This document shows positions 19,662 to 30,798 of a stretch of DNA of 44,960 nucleotides, in pieces. Each line of letters opens with the position of its first letter. The stretch's first letter is position 1. Source of the stretch: a virus (lineage: Duplodnaviria; Heunggongvirae; Uroviricota; Caudoviricetes); IMG/VR virus record IMGVR_UViG_2529292828_000011; one strand, written 5' to 3'. The notes beneath the pieces are model-generated. The model had not been told where the DNA came from, searched no databases, and saw nothing but the letters and a program-made list of their open reading frames with translations. The position numbers and the translations under genes are program-made.

Positions 19662-21222
19662 CGCCTTTTTCTCCCGTTGTCTGTCGGATCTGCTGTTGAA
19701 ACGCGTCCTTTATCCAGACCGGACGCGGAAGACCGGCAGCCTGTCGCTCCTGAGTTTCCCGTAGCTGCTGGCGGAAAATCTCCTGATAGTCATCCCCCAT
19801 CAGGGCCAGCTCTTTCTCGTATGTACTCAGGCCGCCTTCAATGCGCATCACCGCTTCCTGCACTTCCTTAAGGCCATCAATCGCCATGCGACCGGCACCA
19901 ATCCACTCGGCACGGCACCACCCGGAACGGGCCTCCCAGAATGAGAAACGGGATTTCGGCGGACGGATCACACCACGAATAAGGGCTTCCTCCAGCCAGC
20001 AGGCAAACATCTGTGACGCCAGGCGACTGGCCACAAATTTTCGTTTTCCCATAAAATACCGCCACGACTCATTGGCGGATGCCCTGGCACTGGAATAACT
20101 GACCTGTGAATAATCACGGGAAAGCTGCTCATACGACACACCCAGTCCGGCAGCAATGTAACGTAACAGCGCCTTTTCCAGTTCAGAAAAACCATTATCC
20201 GCATTCTGGGCTGTCTGCAGATTCAGTGAATCTCCCGGGTAAAGATGCGGAATACGGACCCCGCCCAGTTTTACCGTATTGGTGGCGTAATAACGCGCGT
20301 AGCCTTTCATGATGGTGTTCAGGGGATTTTTACCTCCATCTCCCACCCCGGCGATATATTCAAACGCTTTTTCCGAATCCAGTGTGGATTCAATCGTGGC
20401 GGCATACATGGCGCGAACCACCGCCGACTGCAGTTGCGTGGCCTGCAGTGTGTCGAGCATCTTGAGACGCTCCATTACAGAATAAAACTGGTTGGCCCCG
20501 CGGGTCTGCCCGTCTTCCTGTGGCTGAAACACATGGATCATTCCCGGTCGTCCGGAAGGCAGTGTTGCCGTAATTCGTGTCCATTTACTGACACCGTAGC
20601 CGGGCCAGTCATCATCCTGAACATGGTAGGCCAGCGCTTTTCCGTGTCGGTTTATTTCCACCCCGGCACGCATAAAACGATCGCTGGTACCATAACCGGG
20701 TGTACTGACACGCTTCGGGCTGATGGTTTTGAATTTCGTCCGGAATAATGACGTGGATTCCGCATCCCATACGGGCTGGACAAAAATTTCACCGTTAAAC
20801 GTATGGACCCCCACCCCTTCACGAATGAATTCGGTAAACGAACGACGCCCTTCCACATCCATCATACCAAACACCGGATCGCAGTATTCCATCCACGCCG
20901 CCTCAACATCTTCAATAAAAGCATGTGAATCTGCTTCCGACATCCCCAGCCAGCGCCAGTTGGGACGGTAACTCAGACGAAACATGTGCCCGACAATATG
21001 ATCCTTATGAATTTCCACTGCATTCGATGCAATACCGTTGTTACGGACCAGATCATCCGCGCGGGCGTTACCCAGATGAATGGAAGGTAAGAGCGCCACG
21101 TCGGCACTTTCCGGTGCAGGCAGCCATTCTGCCATTTGCCCACCGAACCCGGAACCACCACCAGAATATCCCATGCTTTGCCGTAAAGGCTGCCCATGAA
21201 TATCCACCAGTTCCCCGTTCAC
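19651..21222 (-). CDS. B: portal protein B
   Basis: 523 aa; lambda gpB-like (..GGGSGFGGQ.., ..GNARADDLVRNNG..). Confidence 0.9.
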   Translation of the reverse strand: MNGELVDIHGQPLRQSMGYSGGGSGFGGQMAEWLPAPESADVALLPSIHLGNARADDLVRNNGIASNAVEIHKDHIVGHMFRLSYRPNWRWLGMSEADSHAFIEDVEAAWMEYCDPVFGMMDVEGRRSFTEFIREGVGVHTFNGEIFVQPVWDAESTSLFRTKFKTISPKRVSTPGYGTSDRFMRAGVEINRHGKALAYHVQDDDWPGYGVSKWTRITATLPSGRPGMIHVFQPQEDGQTRGANQFYSVMERLKMLDTLQATQLQSAVVRAMYAATIESTLDSEKAFEYIAGVGDGGKNPLNTIMKGYARYYATNTVKLGGVRIPHLYPGDSLNLQTAQNADNGFSELEKALLRYIAAGLGVSYEQLSRDYSQVSYSSARASANESWRYFMGKRKFVASRLASQMFACWLEEALIRGVIRPPKSRFSFWEARSGWCRAEWIGAGRMAIDGLKEVQEAVMRIEGGLSTYEKELALMGDDYQEIFRQQLRETQERQAAGLPRPVWIKDAFQQQIRQTTGEKGDAL

Positions 21223-21431
21223 AGCCCCACTCCTGCCGGGCCACGACGCCGTCCGGATACACCCAGCGCACTTTCCAGCTCTTCAATATACTGACGCAGT
21301 TCACCAATTGTCGCCCGCGAATACTGAACCTGACGCCCGTCCTTGCTGACGGAAACCACAGCACGTCCGATCATCAGTTCATGTAACGCCCGGCGGGCAT
21401 CGCATAGCATTTCATGCGTATAAATCATCAC
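21219..21431 (-). CDS. W: head-tail joining protein W
   Basis: 70 aa ending ..RRRGPAG.., lambda gpW-like; between A and B. Confidence 0.75.
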   Translation of the reverse strand: MMIYTHEMLCDARRALHELMIGRAVVSVSKDGRQVQYSRATIGELRQYIEELESALGVSGRRRGPAGVGL

Positions 21432-23351
21432 TTATCCTCCACTCAGAGCAGCTGCGATTTCTTCAATAGTCATTTCATCGTCGTCCTGTTCATCTCTTCT
21501 GGCGCGGGCCAGTGCATCCAGATCCAGTTGCCACCGCTGAACGGAAATGCGCAGCGCTGCATAGGCATACACCAGACAGTCCAGAGCTTCATTACGCCGT
21601 TTTCTGGCATCCCACTGGAGTTTCACCCGCCCGTTCACAACTTTTTCAACCAGCTCTTCTGCCACGAGTTGTTTAGCTTCAACATCAGAAAAAATGTCCG
21701 GGTTATCCGGAAAACGGAAGGTATACGGTGCGACTTCACTGGGAGATACCACCGGCAGGGCAAAACGCGCATACAGCATTTCCTTGACGGTATCGGAACC
21801 CACCTCACACAAAAACACCCCACGCTGGTTTCGCTTTTTTGGCATGGTGATCACCGGCTTGCCGTACACCGACGCCCCTTTGATGGGGAGCACAAAAAAA
21901 GTGCCGTGTTTTCTGGATCGCTGATACACAATGTCCTGGTCAATACCACCGGTATCCCAGCAGACGCGGGAAATGGAAATTTCAGTGCCATCTGCATGAC
22001 GGTATTTTTTCCGGATCACGGCATCAACGCGTTTAAGGGTGTCCTCATCTTCCGGTCTCCCCATGATGATCTGCTTGTCAATCAGAAAAGCTTCTTCGCC
22101 AGGAGCCCACCCCCAGACATAAATCTCATAACGGTTTTTCTGAGAGTCGATCCCTGCGGTCAGGTAAACCACCCGCAGGGGAACCTGCGCATCATAGTGG
22201 CAGACTTTTTCCAGCAACAACTCAAAGCTCAGTTTTTCTGCCACAGCCTCTTCATAAGGCTCCCCCAGCGTGGTGTTAATGAACGTCTTGACGCCATTCG
22301 GATCCTTCAGTGCATCAAGCCAGTCATAAACAATCTGTACCCAGGTGGTGAACGGGCTGTATGCCGTCCAGATGTGGTACGAGATTGAGCGCGGCGGCGG
22401 GATTTCCTCATCACCGGCGCTGTAAAATGTCAGACCGTCACGCGTCCACATCCCGGTATTGTCACAAATCCACCGCCCGTCGGTCTGGTCAAGTTCCGAC
22501 TGCCGGATCACACAGCCATTATGTTCACACAGGTAATACACCGTCTCCGGTTTACCCTTCTCCCATTTCAGGCCAAACGGCGTCGCATCATCGCCAAACT
22601 TCAGATACTGGGCTTCACCACAATGAGGGCAAGGGACATAAAATCGCATGAAATGCGCAGATTCATTCGCGGCTTTTTCAATCTGGCAAAAACCTTTAAT
22701 TTTGGGCGTTGAGCCGCGTATGGATTTAGGCCATACCGAACCTTCGATACGCTTATCGCCAAGCAGGGTTGGTGAACCTTCTTTTTCCACATCCGGTTCA
22801 AACGAGGAGAGTTCGTCATAGCAGACCACATCCACAGATTTTTCACGGTAGTTTTTGGCAGCAGCTCCGCCCAGACACCAGAATCCCACACCGGAGGAGA
22901 AACGTTTCAGGGTAAGCGTGTTGTCCCGATGTTTTCTGCCAAACCACGGAGCCAGCTCCAGTAATACAGGAACGTCTCTTATCGTTGGTTCGACATGGGA
23001 TTTCATAAAATCTTCTGCCGCAGAATCTGTCGGCTGAAAAAGCAGGCTGTTACGGGATTTGTGTTCAATAAAATAAGCCTCCACCCCCAACAGCATTTTG
23101 GTGTAACCAACACGCGCCGATTTAATCAGATTAACGGTGCGGATCCGGTCATTCCCCATGCTGTTCATGATGGCAACCTGAAACGGCAGTGTTTCCCATT
23201 GCCCGGGAGTATATGAAGACTCTTTTGGCAGATAATAATACTGATCAGCCCACTGAACTGTCGTCAGTGGTACCGGAATATTGAGAGATACAAGCCCTGT
23301 TGCTATCGCACCGGCTGCATTAGCTGCCTTCTGTGCGTCTGAAATCATCAA
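21432..23351 (-). CDS. A: terminase large subunit A
   Basis: 639 aa; lambda gpA-like (..[21 protein letters not shown]..); overlaps Nu1 end as in lambda. Confidence 0.9.
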   Translation of the reverse strand: MMISDAQKAANAAGAIATGLVSLNIPVPLTTVQWADQYYYLPKESSYTPGQWETLPFQVAIMNSMGNDRIRTVNLIKSARVGYTKMLLGVEAYFIEHKSRNSLLFQPTDSAAEDFMKSHVEPTIRDVPVLLELAPWFGRKHRDNTLTLKRFSSGVGFWCLGGAAAKNYREKSVDVVCYDELSSFEPDVEKEGSPTLLGDKRIEGSVWPKSIRGSTPKIKGFCQIEKAANESAHFMRFYVPCPHCGEAQYLKFGDDATPFGLKWEKGKPETVYYLCEHNGCVIRQSELDQTDGRWICDNTGMWTRDGLTFYSAGDEEIPPPRSISYHIWTAYSPFTTWVQIVYDWLDALKDPNGVKTFINTTLGEPYEEAVAEKLSFELLLEKVCHYDAQVPLRVVYLTAGIDSQKNRYEIYVWGWAPGEEAFLIDKQIIMGRPEDEDTLKRVDAVIRKKYRHADGTEISISRVCWDTGGIDQDIVYQRSRKHGTFFVLPIKGASVYGKPVITMPKKRNQRGVFLCEVGSDTVKEMLYARFALPVVSPSEVAPYTFRFPDNPDIFSDVEAKQLVAEELVEKVVNGRVKLQWDARKRRNEALDCLVYAYAALRISVQRWQLDLDALARARRDEQDDDEMTIEEIAAALSGG

Positions 23352-23868
23352 TCCCCCCGCCTACGTTCTCACCAGCTTTAGCTGCAACGTTGGAGGCTTT
23401 TGCGATTTCAGTTTTCACCACATCAAGGTGTGACGGTGAAATATCCGGATATTTACGCTGTAATGTCAGCGGCACACGTACAAGTATCCCCGAAATCTCC
23501 TGTGCCACACGTTGCAGAATGAAGGTAAACAATTCCGTTTCCAGTACCAGCCCTTCTTCGCGGGCATTTTTCAGTTCCTGTGCATCAGCCTGTGCTTTTG
23601 TGAGTCGGTAGCGCTCATAGTCAATGGTGCCGGGTTGTAAATATGATTCCGCAGCCGCACGCAAATCCTCGGTCTCTTTGCGGAGTTTTTCGTTTTCAAT
23701 ATCGGCTTCGCGCTGCGCATACCACTGAATTGCCATGGCGGTATCAAATACAGATTCAACCCCCTTACTACCACCAGAGACACAAGAGAGCCCCTGAGAC
23801 TGCCAGCGTTCAATCGTTCGTGGATCCACGTTGAAAATTTCCGCGAGCTTCTTTTTGTTAACCTTCAT
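23320..23868 (-). CDS. Nu1: terminase small subunit Nu1
   Basis: Start at [12 protein letters not shown].. gives 181 aa; lambda Nu1-like HTH N-terminus. Confidence 0.85.
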   Translation of the reverse strand: MKVNKKKLAEIFNVDPRTIERWQSQGLSCVSGGSKGVESVFDTAMAIQWYAQREADIENEKLRKETEDLRAAAESYLQPGTIDYERYRLTKAQADAQELKNAREEGLVLETELFTFILQRVAQEISGILVRVPLTLQRKYPDISPSHLDVVKTEIAKASNVAAKAGENVGGGIDDFRRTEGS

Positions 23869-24029
23869 AAAACATTTCCATATCAAATGCAGGGTCCGAC
23901 ATGGAAGTGCTCAAAAACGTCTTTTTCGGGCACTTTCATGTCGTACCTTTTACGGATGTGATTTATGAAAAAACAATGAGTTATACACGAGAAGTACCGA
24001 CACGCTTTTTCCCGAAAAATTTTCATAAA

Positions 24030-24060
24030 TAGCGAAAATCCGCGCCGCTGCCGCCCCGTG
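24030..24060. other. cos-like site (cosN/cosB region) upstream of Nu1
   Basis: Minus-strand sequence gggcggcagcggcgcggattttcgctatttatgaaaattttc resembles lambda GGGCGGCGACCTCGCGGGTTTTCGCTATTTATGAAAATTTTC, at the lambda position upstream of Nu1. Confidence 0.6.
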
Positions 24061-24497
24061 GCAGGCCACCCCACCGGAAGGACCCGCACAAATGAGAGCG
24101 TTTGTCATTAACATTTACAGATAAGATGACGTACATCATTGAAACGCCATTCAGCCATATACCGGCAGCATTCGTAGTTGCACTCCGTAACTCTGCGACT
24201 AAGGTTAAAAACATGGCCCTCTTTTGCCACCGGCAAATCTTCAATGGATTTCCCCTGCCGGTTTTTTATTTTCGTCGATGCATAACATTGCATTTACATC
24301 AATAGCGGCTATTGTCATTAGTATGTTACATCAATGCATGGGTGGTATTGGCGGTCTTCGCCGGCCGCTTCTGTGTAGCTGCTCCCTGTGACCGGTTTTT
24401 TATTTCTCACATTACAGCAACCCCTTAGAGTGAAGGGCTGCTGTAATGCCTGTTACTCACGAATCAGGCGAGCACTCTTACTATTCATTTCAATACG

Positions 24498-24848
24498 CTA
24501 ATACTGCGGTTTACCATCAATGATGTCTGTCATTACGAACACCTCCCCCGGCTGCAGTTCAACTGCACCTTCCGGTAATTTCATACCGGCAAATACCGGA
24601 CAGCCCGGATGGCGATCATCTTCTGTTGCTCCCAGCATTGACTCACCAAACCACGCCGTTGTGGCGCGACCATCAGCAGCCTTGTAGTGGATCAAGTACT
24701 GGTTTTCGCCATCCGCATACTGCGCGCGAGCTTTAACCTCACCCCATTCATCACTGATGCGCATCTCCACCAGTTGAGACAACTCAAACTTAAACGGGAC
24801 AGTAGCGGCACCAATTACAATCGGTTTGTTTTCTGTTGTTTCCATCAT
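24498..24848 (-). CDS. hypothetical protein
   Basis: ORF from MMETTENKPIV.., about 116 aa, between lysis region and cos; no recognised family. Confidence 0.4.
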   Translation of the reverse strand: MMETTENKPIVIGAATVPFKFELSQLVEMRISDEWGEVKARAQYADGENQYLIHYKAADGRATTAWFGESMLGATEDDRHPGCPVFAGMKLPEGAVELQPGEVFVMTDIIDGKPQY

Positions 24849-25019
24849 CGTCTCCTGATATCGAAGCCCGTCGCCGCACCGGGCACTGATCAACATTTGA
24901 GTATTCGCGGCGAAAGAAAGAATTTATTTTATTGAGTAGCCACAAACACAGAATTTCATGCTTTCCGGACGCTGACGCATCCTTCATTTTTCAGCAAAAT
25001 ATTCTGCTCTTACAGGCGA

Positions 25020-25202
25020 TCAGTTCTGCATACAATGCCGGACACCGTCGACAATTTTGCAGACCTGAGAAGCTGTATCGAAAAGCTGGCGCGCCTTATC
25101 CAGGCTGACGCATCCCACCAATAAAAAAGGCACCAGTATCGCTACCAGTGCCCATTTCGCCGCCGTTCGCGGCATTCTGTGTGTCCAGTGTTTTCGCTTC
25201 AT
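25020..25202 (-). CDS. small predicted lipoprotein (signal peptide with lipobox LVGC)
   Basis: MKRKHWTHRMPRTAAKWALVAILVPFLLVGCVS..; about 60 aa; downstream of lysis genes; not proline-rich like Rz1. Confidence 0.4.
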   Translation of the reverse strand: MKRKHWTHRMPRTAAKWALVAILVPFLLVGCVSLDKARQLFDTASQVCKIVDGVRHCMQN

Positions 25203-25206
25203 CTCA

Positions 25207-25340
25207 CTATCCACCAATCAATCCGGATAAGCTCAATACTCGCCAGGTGGTGGAAATGAAAATGGCAACCAACATTGCTGAAAATGAAAGGCCAACAACC
25301 ACACAGAGAATTCGCGCCAGTTTTATAATGCTATCTGACA
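25207..25340 (-). CDS. small hydrophobic protein (single TM helix)
   Basis: About 44 aa from MSDSIIKLARILCVVVGLSFSAMLVAIFI..; coding status uncertain. Confidence 0.3.
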
Positions 25341-25358
25341 TATTTACCCCTGCCCCAC

Positions 25359-25541
25359 TTACGATTTCACAGCAATGATCAATTTTGCCATCCCATACAG
25401 CATCGGAGACACAGTGATACCGACAGCCACCCACTTAATGGCAAAAGCCACCGCTCTGCTGATGTCATCAGTTACGGGCGCTTTCAATTCAAGGCCGTTT
25501 TTCATAGTCAACCTCAACAGAATTAGTTTATACTTCCTCAT
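25359..25541 (-). CDS. small membrane protein
   Basis: About 60 aa from MRKYKLILLRL.. with C-terminal hydrophobic helix; coding status uncertain. Confidence 0.3.
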   Translation of the reverse strand: MRKYKLILLRLTMKNGLELKAPVTDDISRAVAFAIKWVAVGITVSPMLYGMAKLIIAVKS

Positions 25542-25702
25542 GTTCTCCTTTGCCTTACCCAGGGTCAGAAACAGAAAACCCCGGACTGTTCCAGCAGCCG
25601 GGGTTTTTGCTATCTGATGCTGCCCCCCCTTATCTTCGCTCATCGTAACCCCAAAAAAGAGCCTGCATGAGTTGAGGGTGTTCAGCACTTCAGTGTCAGT
25701 TT

Positions 25703-26269
25703 TTAAACTGCTACGCGCTCTTTCATCCAGCCGTAAACAAACGACTCGTTAGCCTCCCGTTTCTCTGCCAGCTCCAGATAGCGGTCACCCTGCGTACAGT
25801 TCAGTGCGGTCAGCATTACCAGCTCTCCATCCCTGCCACGATTTTTCAGATATACCCGTAATGCATTAAGAGTACGCGGCCCGATACGTCCGTCTGCATC
25901 CATATCCGGATACAGTTTCCCGCGCAGGTTGAAAACGTTCAGCCAGCGTTGAAGCATTTTTGACGCCACGGCTGGCCCCATGTTGACGCCCGTATCACAC
26001 AACTCTGCGGCAATATCAGGGGATAACGCTGCCACCTGGTCAAAACGTGGTCCATACCAGTAGTCCGCCTCGAGTATTTCCAGCGCCTGTCCGCGCGTCA
26101 GATCACGCATATCGCCCTGGTATCCGTGCGCACGGGCAACTTTTTCAGTAATACCCCATTTTGTCGGTCCGCCTTTATCATCCTGGTGATTGACGTAACC
26201 GCCCTCTTTTCCCAGAACTTCGTCAAAAATTTCATCTTTCGACTTCATATCAGCGCCTTCGTAATACAA
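25703..26269 (-). CDS. endolysin, GH108-type N-terminal domain plus peptidoglycan-binding C-terminal domain
   Basis: ..GKEGGYVNHQDDKGGPTKWGIT.. (GH108-like) and ..DADGRIGPRTLNAL.. (PG-binding-like); start may instead be the internal Met (MKSKDE) at 26248. Confidence 0.8.
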   Translation of the reverse strand: MYYEGADMKSKDEIFDEVLGKEGGYVNHQDDKGGPTKWGITEKVARAHGYQGDMRDLTRGQALEILEADYWYGPRFDQVAALSPDIAAELCDTGVNMGPAVASKMLQRWLNVFNLRGKLYPDMDADGRIGPRTLNALRVYLKNRGRDGELVMLTALNCTQGDRYLELAEKREANESFVYGWMKERVAV

Positions 26270-26531
26270 AGATTTTTGAAACGTTCCCGCGTGCGCGAAT
26301 CACCAACACGCAGAACAGCAGATTAAGCCCCCCCGCCAGCCAGTTCGCCGCTAACGGGCGACCGCACAGATAGCTGAGGGGCGCAAAGGCATACAGCAGC
26401 ATCAGCAGCCAGGCCAGCCATGACATCAGCGGTTTGTGTCTGGAGTCACGACGACGATAAAAAAAGAGCGTCAGCACGATAACCGTGCATAACGCCACAT
26501 TCAGCAATCCGGGAAGGTTACTTAACATTGC
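26250..26531 (-). CDS. lysis-cassette membrane protein (holin/antiholin-like)
   Basis: About 93 aa from MLSNLPGLLNVALCTVIVLTLFF.. with two hydrophobic helices; overlaps flanking lysis genes. Confidence 0.55.
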   Translation of the reverse strand, partial: AMLSNLPGLLNVALCTVIVLTLFFYRRRDSRHKPLMSWLAWLLMLLYAFAPLSYLCGRPLAANWLAGGLNLLFCVLVIRARGNVSKIFVLRRR

Positions 26532-26910
26532 CGCCTCCTCCGCCCCGCAGGCGGGAGAACACACCGGACACCAGTGATGCAATATCCTGCTGGTGGATGA
26601 ACGACAGAATCTTCACCGACACCACTGACACCAGCACTGCACACAGTGCGTCGACAGGTGCACCGTCAAACCCTGTATGCTTTACCAGCCAGGACGCCAG
26701 AACCTCTGCCCCCAGCACGCCGATAATGAACGACACCAGAAAATGCGCCGCCACACGCCAGGCTGAAAGCGCCTGCGGCATCGTTGCCACAAATAACGCA
26801 CCGGCGAACGCACCAAACACAATCCCGAAATCCGTCCCGGTAAACAGCCCGTACACCGTCGCCCCGCCGAGCGCCGCAGCCGTGCCGGAACCGGATAAGG
26901 GTTCAGACAT
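26518..26910 (-). CDS. putative holin (multi-TM membrane protein)
   Basis: Start at MSEPLSG.. with AGGAGA Shine-Dalgarno; Gly/Ala-rich TM helices; first gene of the lysis cassette. Confidence 0.6.
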   Translation of the reverse strand: MSEPLSGSGTAAALGGATVYGLFTGTDFGIVFGAFAGALFVATMPQALSAWRVAAHFLVSFIIGVLGAEVLASWLVKHTGFDGAPVDALCAVLVSVVSVKILSFIHQQDIASLVSGVFSRLRGGGGGNVK

Positions 26911-26925
26911 ACTTTTTTCTCCTGT

Positions 26926-26951
26926 AAATAAAAAAGGGCCACCAGCGGCCC
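26926..26951 (-). terminator. rho-independent terminator-like hairpin just upstream of the lysis cassette
   Basis: gggccgctggtggccc stem followed by a U-run on the minus strand. Confidence 0.5.
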
Positions 26952-27224
26952 GTAAAAAACACCCCGTCAAAAGCACCGGCATCCGCAGATGCCCTTTGCG
27001 TGGCGTTATTTGATGCGCGCCAGATGTGGCGCAAAGAAATGAAATAAGACTTATCGGAAATTAATGTTAATTTGAGGATTTAAACCACTTCTGAATCTTA
27101 GTAGTATGAACATGTCCCCGGAAGGGGGGCCAATACTTATTATTCTTCATGGACTTTGTCCCGCGGTCTTAATCCGACGACCGCGCTACTTTTCACCCTC
27201 TCGCAAATTGCTATCCAAAGGACG

Positions 27225-27262
27225 TTGTCCCACGAGTATTCCTGGATGCTCGTGTCTTTTTT
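27225..27262 (+). terminator. rho-independent terminator-like hairpin (plus strand)
   Basis: cacgag..ctcgtg stem followed by tctttttt. Confidence 0.4.
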
Positions 27263-27278
27263 CGTCATGAGAAAGGAA

Positions 27279-27305
27279 TAAAAAAACCGCCAGATATGGC
27301 GGTTG
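27279..27305 (-). terminator. rho-independent terminator, likely for the tRNA transcript
   Basis: accgccatatctggcggt hairpin followed by a run of U on the minus strand. Confidence 0.5.
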
Positions 27306-27667
27306 GTCAATGCAAGGGATGAATTTTTTAATTGTTATTAAACCGAGGCGTCTGGCGCCTCCCGAAGTATTCCGTGCTGTATGGATACTGTGATTTCCAG
27401 CTAAACCGACTCTTTAAACCACACTCGCACTTAGGTGCGCCTCTTTGGTGCGATTTACAACACCAGAATGATGCATCACCGACCCTGCCAGGAAATACAA
27501 AATCTCCACCGATAATGCACCATTCTGCTGTCGTAAAAAAATCAGCACTGAGGCTACACCTGGCCTCAAATTATAGCCAGAGAACAGAATGCTTTTTCAA
27601 AACAACCTGCTCCCACGTAATAAAAAATACACCAGTGCCGCAATACAATAAGGCTTGTTGCAAATGC

Positions 27668-27742
<75 letters not shown>

Positions 27743-27745
27743 ATA

Positions 27746-27820
<75 letters not shown>

Positions 27821-28014
27821 CATTGGTTCCTCAAGAGAAATAAAAATGACCGCGCTTTATATCCCATTCGGAACCGAAGATGGATATTAATAATGCCGGC
27901 TCTTTTTTCAATAGAAAATCATGTCAATATTCGTAAATATATGTATGTATTTTTATTATTCATGAATTTTAGAAAAATAACATGCGCATTTAACGTACTG
28001 CACCACTTTCCGGA

Positions 28015-28040
28015 CACAAAAAAACCCGCTCGGCGGCGGG
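28015..28040 (-). terminator. rho-independent terminator downstream of the ORF6N gene
   Basis: cccgccgccgagcggg hairpin followed by a U-run on the minus strand. Confidence 0.55.
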
Positions 28041-28118
28041 TTTAAGCTGTGTGGCGTAGTAACCACTCTTAACAGGATATTCAACTTTTTACGATCGTAA
28101 AGCGTTCGGGGGAAATTT

Positions 28119-28706
28119 TTAAAGCCTCATCAGTCGTTCCACCAGTTGCTCTTTACGGGCAACGATCCAGCCGTATTGCTCCAGATAAAATTTAAACCGT
28201 TCCAGAGTGCATACCATCGCATCGGCGGGGGCTTTTTCCGTGAATTCGACCTGACCATGTTTATCGAAGTGGATCAGCAATGCGCATCCATCATTTGGTG
28301 TTGGGGAGTTTTGTGCTGCTGGTGGCTGTTTCTGGCTGAAATAACAGTCTTCCAGTTTTTCGAACACATCCCACGCCTGATCGGTTTCCAGCATTTTGGC
28401 ATGACGGGCTGCTCCGCGTTCTGTCCAGAGGATAAGGGAGCGGGTTTTCGGGGAAATTTGTAACCCTCTTAAAGATGGTTGCAAATTTTGTGAGTTACTT
28501 AAAGTAACCCGCAAATTTTTCAACTCATCACCAACAACCTTGAAAAAGTGTTTACCCTCAACAAAACGCTCGGAATTACGGGTGTAATTTACTTTGATGT
28601 TGTTGATATCGGTACAGTAAAGCTGTGCCAGTAACTCGGTAGTGATAACGGGAATTTGGTTGTGTGTAATTGGGGAAAGAGTTTCGACAGAAATCTGAGT
28701 GGTCAT
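28119..28706 (-). CDS. ORF6N-domain protein (antirepressor-like phage regulatory protein)
   Basis: ..LLAQLYCTDINNIKVNYTRNSERFVEGKHFF.. matches the ORF6N signature; start at MTTQISV.. with GGAG upstream. Confidence 0.6.
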   Translation of the reverse strand: MTTQISVETLSPITHNQIPVITTELLAQLYCTDINNIKVNYTRNSERFVEGKHFFKVVGDELKNLRVTLSNSQNLQPSLRGLQISPKTRSLILWTERGAARHAKMLETDQAWDVFEKLEDCYFSQKQPPAAQNSPTPNDGCALLIHFDKHGQVEFTEKAPADAMVCTLERFKFYLEQYGWIVARKEQLVERLMRL

Positions 28707-28987
28707 AACGATAACTCCGTACATTTGGACATTATCGCCACCGTCAGGTGCTAATCATCGTGGTGGCGAACTGTGCGGGGTTAGCACTACCGGGCACGGA
28801 AACCGGCGAGCCTTTCGGCTCCCCCACACAGCCCGCCATAAATCGCGAATATGACTGTGCAAACGATATGAAAAAAGACGCGGGCGCGCCTCATATCGCT
28901 CCGTAAACATCCGGGGTGCTAATCCCGACAACCGATTTTGCGGTTGCGTCGGAAATATAGCCCCGGACAATGTGTCTGGTCAAGCTC

Positions 28988-29374
28988 CTACATGATTCGT
29001 TCTACGTATCTGTCCATCTCCAGTCGGATATCAAGCATCATCAACATGCCATCAATAACCCCTTCCGCTTTCTGCAGGCGCTTGCCAATACAGGTATCCG
29101 AACACCCATGCTTTCGTGCCAGCCCCATAAAAGTCATTCCACCTACGTAATAATCCACCAACAAATCGTGCAAATCCTGATTTTTCTTGTTCAACCGGGC
29201 CATGCAGCCACAAATTATCATTGCATCATCATCAGAACACTGAGGGCGTGATTTCACTTTCGGCGGGATTAATCCTTTAAAACCAGCAGCTATTGACTCC
29301 CATGACACATCTTCGTGATTGTTTGCAGCCCATGCTCCCCACCGCTCCATAACCTGCTGAATATCACGCGCCAT
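28988..29374 (-). CDS. late-gene antitermination protein Q (QuuD/QuuQ-like)
   Basis: [39 protein letters not shown].. closely resembles E. coli cryptic-prophage Q proteins. Confidence 0.85.
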   Translation of the reverse strand: MARDIQQVMERWGAWAANNHEDVSWESIAAGFKGLIPPKVKSRPQCSDDDAMIICGCMARLNKKNQDLHDLLVDYYVGGMTFMGLARKHGCSDTCIGKRLQKAEGVIDGMLMMLDIRLEMDRYVERIM

Positions 29375-29735
29375 CGTTATCACCTGTAATTTCGTAAATC
29401 TTCACGCCCAGCCGACCACCAGGAACGAGCTGACCGCGCACAATATTGATTTCATCAAACTGCTCATCGTCCATTAACCCTCCCGCATGCGTCAGCGCAT
29501 CCAGCGGTGCTTTCAGGATATTGTCCAGGTCGCGACGACGCTTATCCGGTGGCTCTGCAATCACCTTTATCGCCAGCCTTCCGGACAGCCTTAATTTCAG
29601 CCGCTGCTGGCGAACAATAAGCGCCACAGCCCGGCGATAACGCTTTCCCTCCTCAGAGATAAAATATGTGCTGCCACGGCGTCGCCAGTAGGTGTTCACC
29701 GTCGGCGGGTAAGGCAAAACAAACTCTATACGCAT
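29364..29735 (-). CDS. rusA: RusA-family Holliday junction resolvase
   Basis: 123 aa with ..[23 protein letters not shown].. and ..[11 protein letters not shown].. typical of RusA. Confidence 0.8.
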   Translation of the reverse strand: MRIEFVLPYPPTVNTYWRRRGSTYFISEEGKRYRRAVALIVRQQRLKLRLSGRLAIKVIAEPPDKRRRDLDNILKAPLDALTHAGGLMDDEQFDEINIVRGQLVPGGRLGVKIYEITGDNDGA

Positions 29736-29747
29736 CAGTAACCTCTT

Positions 29748-30797
29748 TTACCCGAGCACGCCGGTTGCAAAGGCGTGATCAAGAAAACGAAAAATTAAAT
29801 CAATCTGAGAACCATATTTTTCTTCAAACGCCAGCGGATCCGCATGAAGCTCGTTGTGATGCTCCCGACACAGCGGTAGCGTGAAAATATCGTGGGATTT
29901 TGTTCCTATCCCTCCCTGACCGTGACCAATCAGGTGATGGGGATCGTCGGCTGGCTGACCACAACACGCACACGGCTGTGTCTTTACCCAGCGTGTGTAT
30001 TTCTCATTTATCCAACGGCGACGTTTAGGTCGTTTCATGAAAGATTCCGGAGACTCCGGATCTACGGCAATGCTGACCACCGTCTTTTCCTGTGGTGCGT
30101 TCTGTTGCTGGTGGACGTGAGGCAGCGGCGCAAGATTTTTTGTGCGCTGTTTCAGTATGCTGGTGGCGGTCTGCTCTCCCGGTACGATGTCGCTTTCGCG
30201 GTACACCGAGCGGATTTTTTCCGCACGCAAGCCCAGCGAACGACGTAATACCGCTTCCGGTAGCGCGTCCGCCACCTGATTGCGGACCGCCCACCAGGAT
30301 AATTCAGCCAGAGATAATTCACGCTCCTGCGTACCGCTTATTGCGTGACCGATGACGTCAATCATCCATGCTGACAGGTTTTGATGAGCAAGTTGCTCGA
30401 GTGATTCGGATGTCTGGTCACGCAGCTGGTTGTCGCAGTGCCAGCACAACACCATTGCGCCGGTACCATAACGGTGAATGACGGTTTCGCTGTGATGATA
30501 ATCGCCGTGTGGCCACTGGCAGGATTTAATATGGCGCAACAGCCAGTCAGACAATGCACCAGCACCACCAGCAGCACAAATCACCCGTGCGTTACTGAAA
30601 AACGGCAGCAATGTTTTGTCTTCCACCAGCGGCTGGCGAACGGCAGGAACGACCCCGGACGGCAGATTACACATGCTTTTCGGTTCCGGCTCCACCAACA
30701 CTCGAGGATTATGAAATACCTGCATGGATTCACGCCCTGGTTTAAGGACCACCAGCCCAAGTTCTGGTACCAGAGCAGGTCGAAGTAATACCCGCAC
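29748..30797 (-). CDS. ydfU: DUF968-family protein (YdfU-like)
   Basis: 349 aa; C-terminal Cys/His cluster (..CACCGQPADDPHHLIGHGQGG..CREHHNELH..); position next to Q/RusA as in Qin. Confidence 0.7.
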   Translation of the reverse strand: MRVLLRPALVPELGLVVLKPGRESMQVFHNPRVLVEPEPKSMCNLPSGVVPAVRQPLVEDKTLLPFFSNARVICAAGGAGALSDWLLRHIKSCQWPHGDYHHSETVIHRYGTGAMVLCWHCDNQLRDQTSESLEQLAHQNLSAWMIDVIGHAISGTQERELSLAELSWWAVRNQVADALPEAVLRRSLGLRAEKIRSVYRESDIVPGEQTATSILKQRTKNLAPLPHVHQQQNAPQEKTVVSIAVDPESPESFMKRPKRRRWINEKYTRWVKTQPCACCGQPADDPHHLIGHGQGGIGTKSHDIFTLPLCREHHNELHADPLAFEEKYGSQIDLIFRFLDHAFATGVLG

Positions 30798-30798
30798 G

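Noticed and set aside
21414-22388. 324-aa plus-strand ORF antisense to terminase A
   Set aside because: Antisense to a strongly supported terminase gene; His/Cys-rich low-complexity translation.
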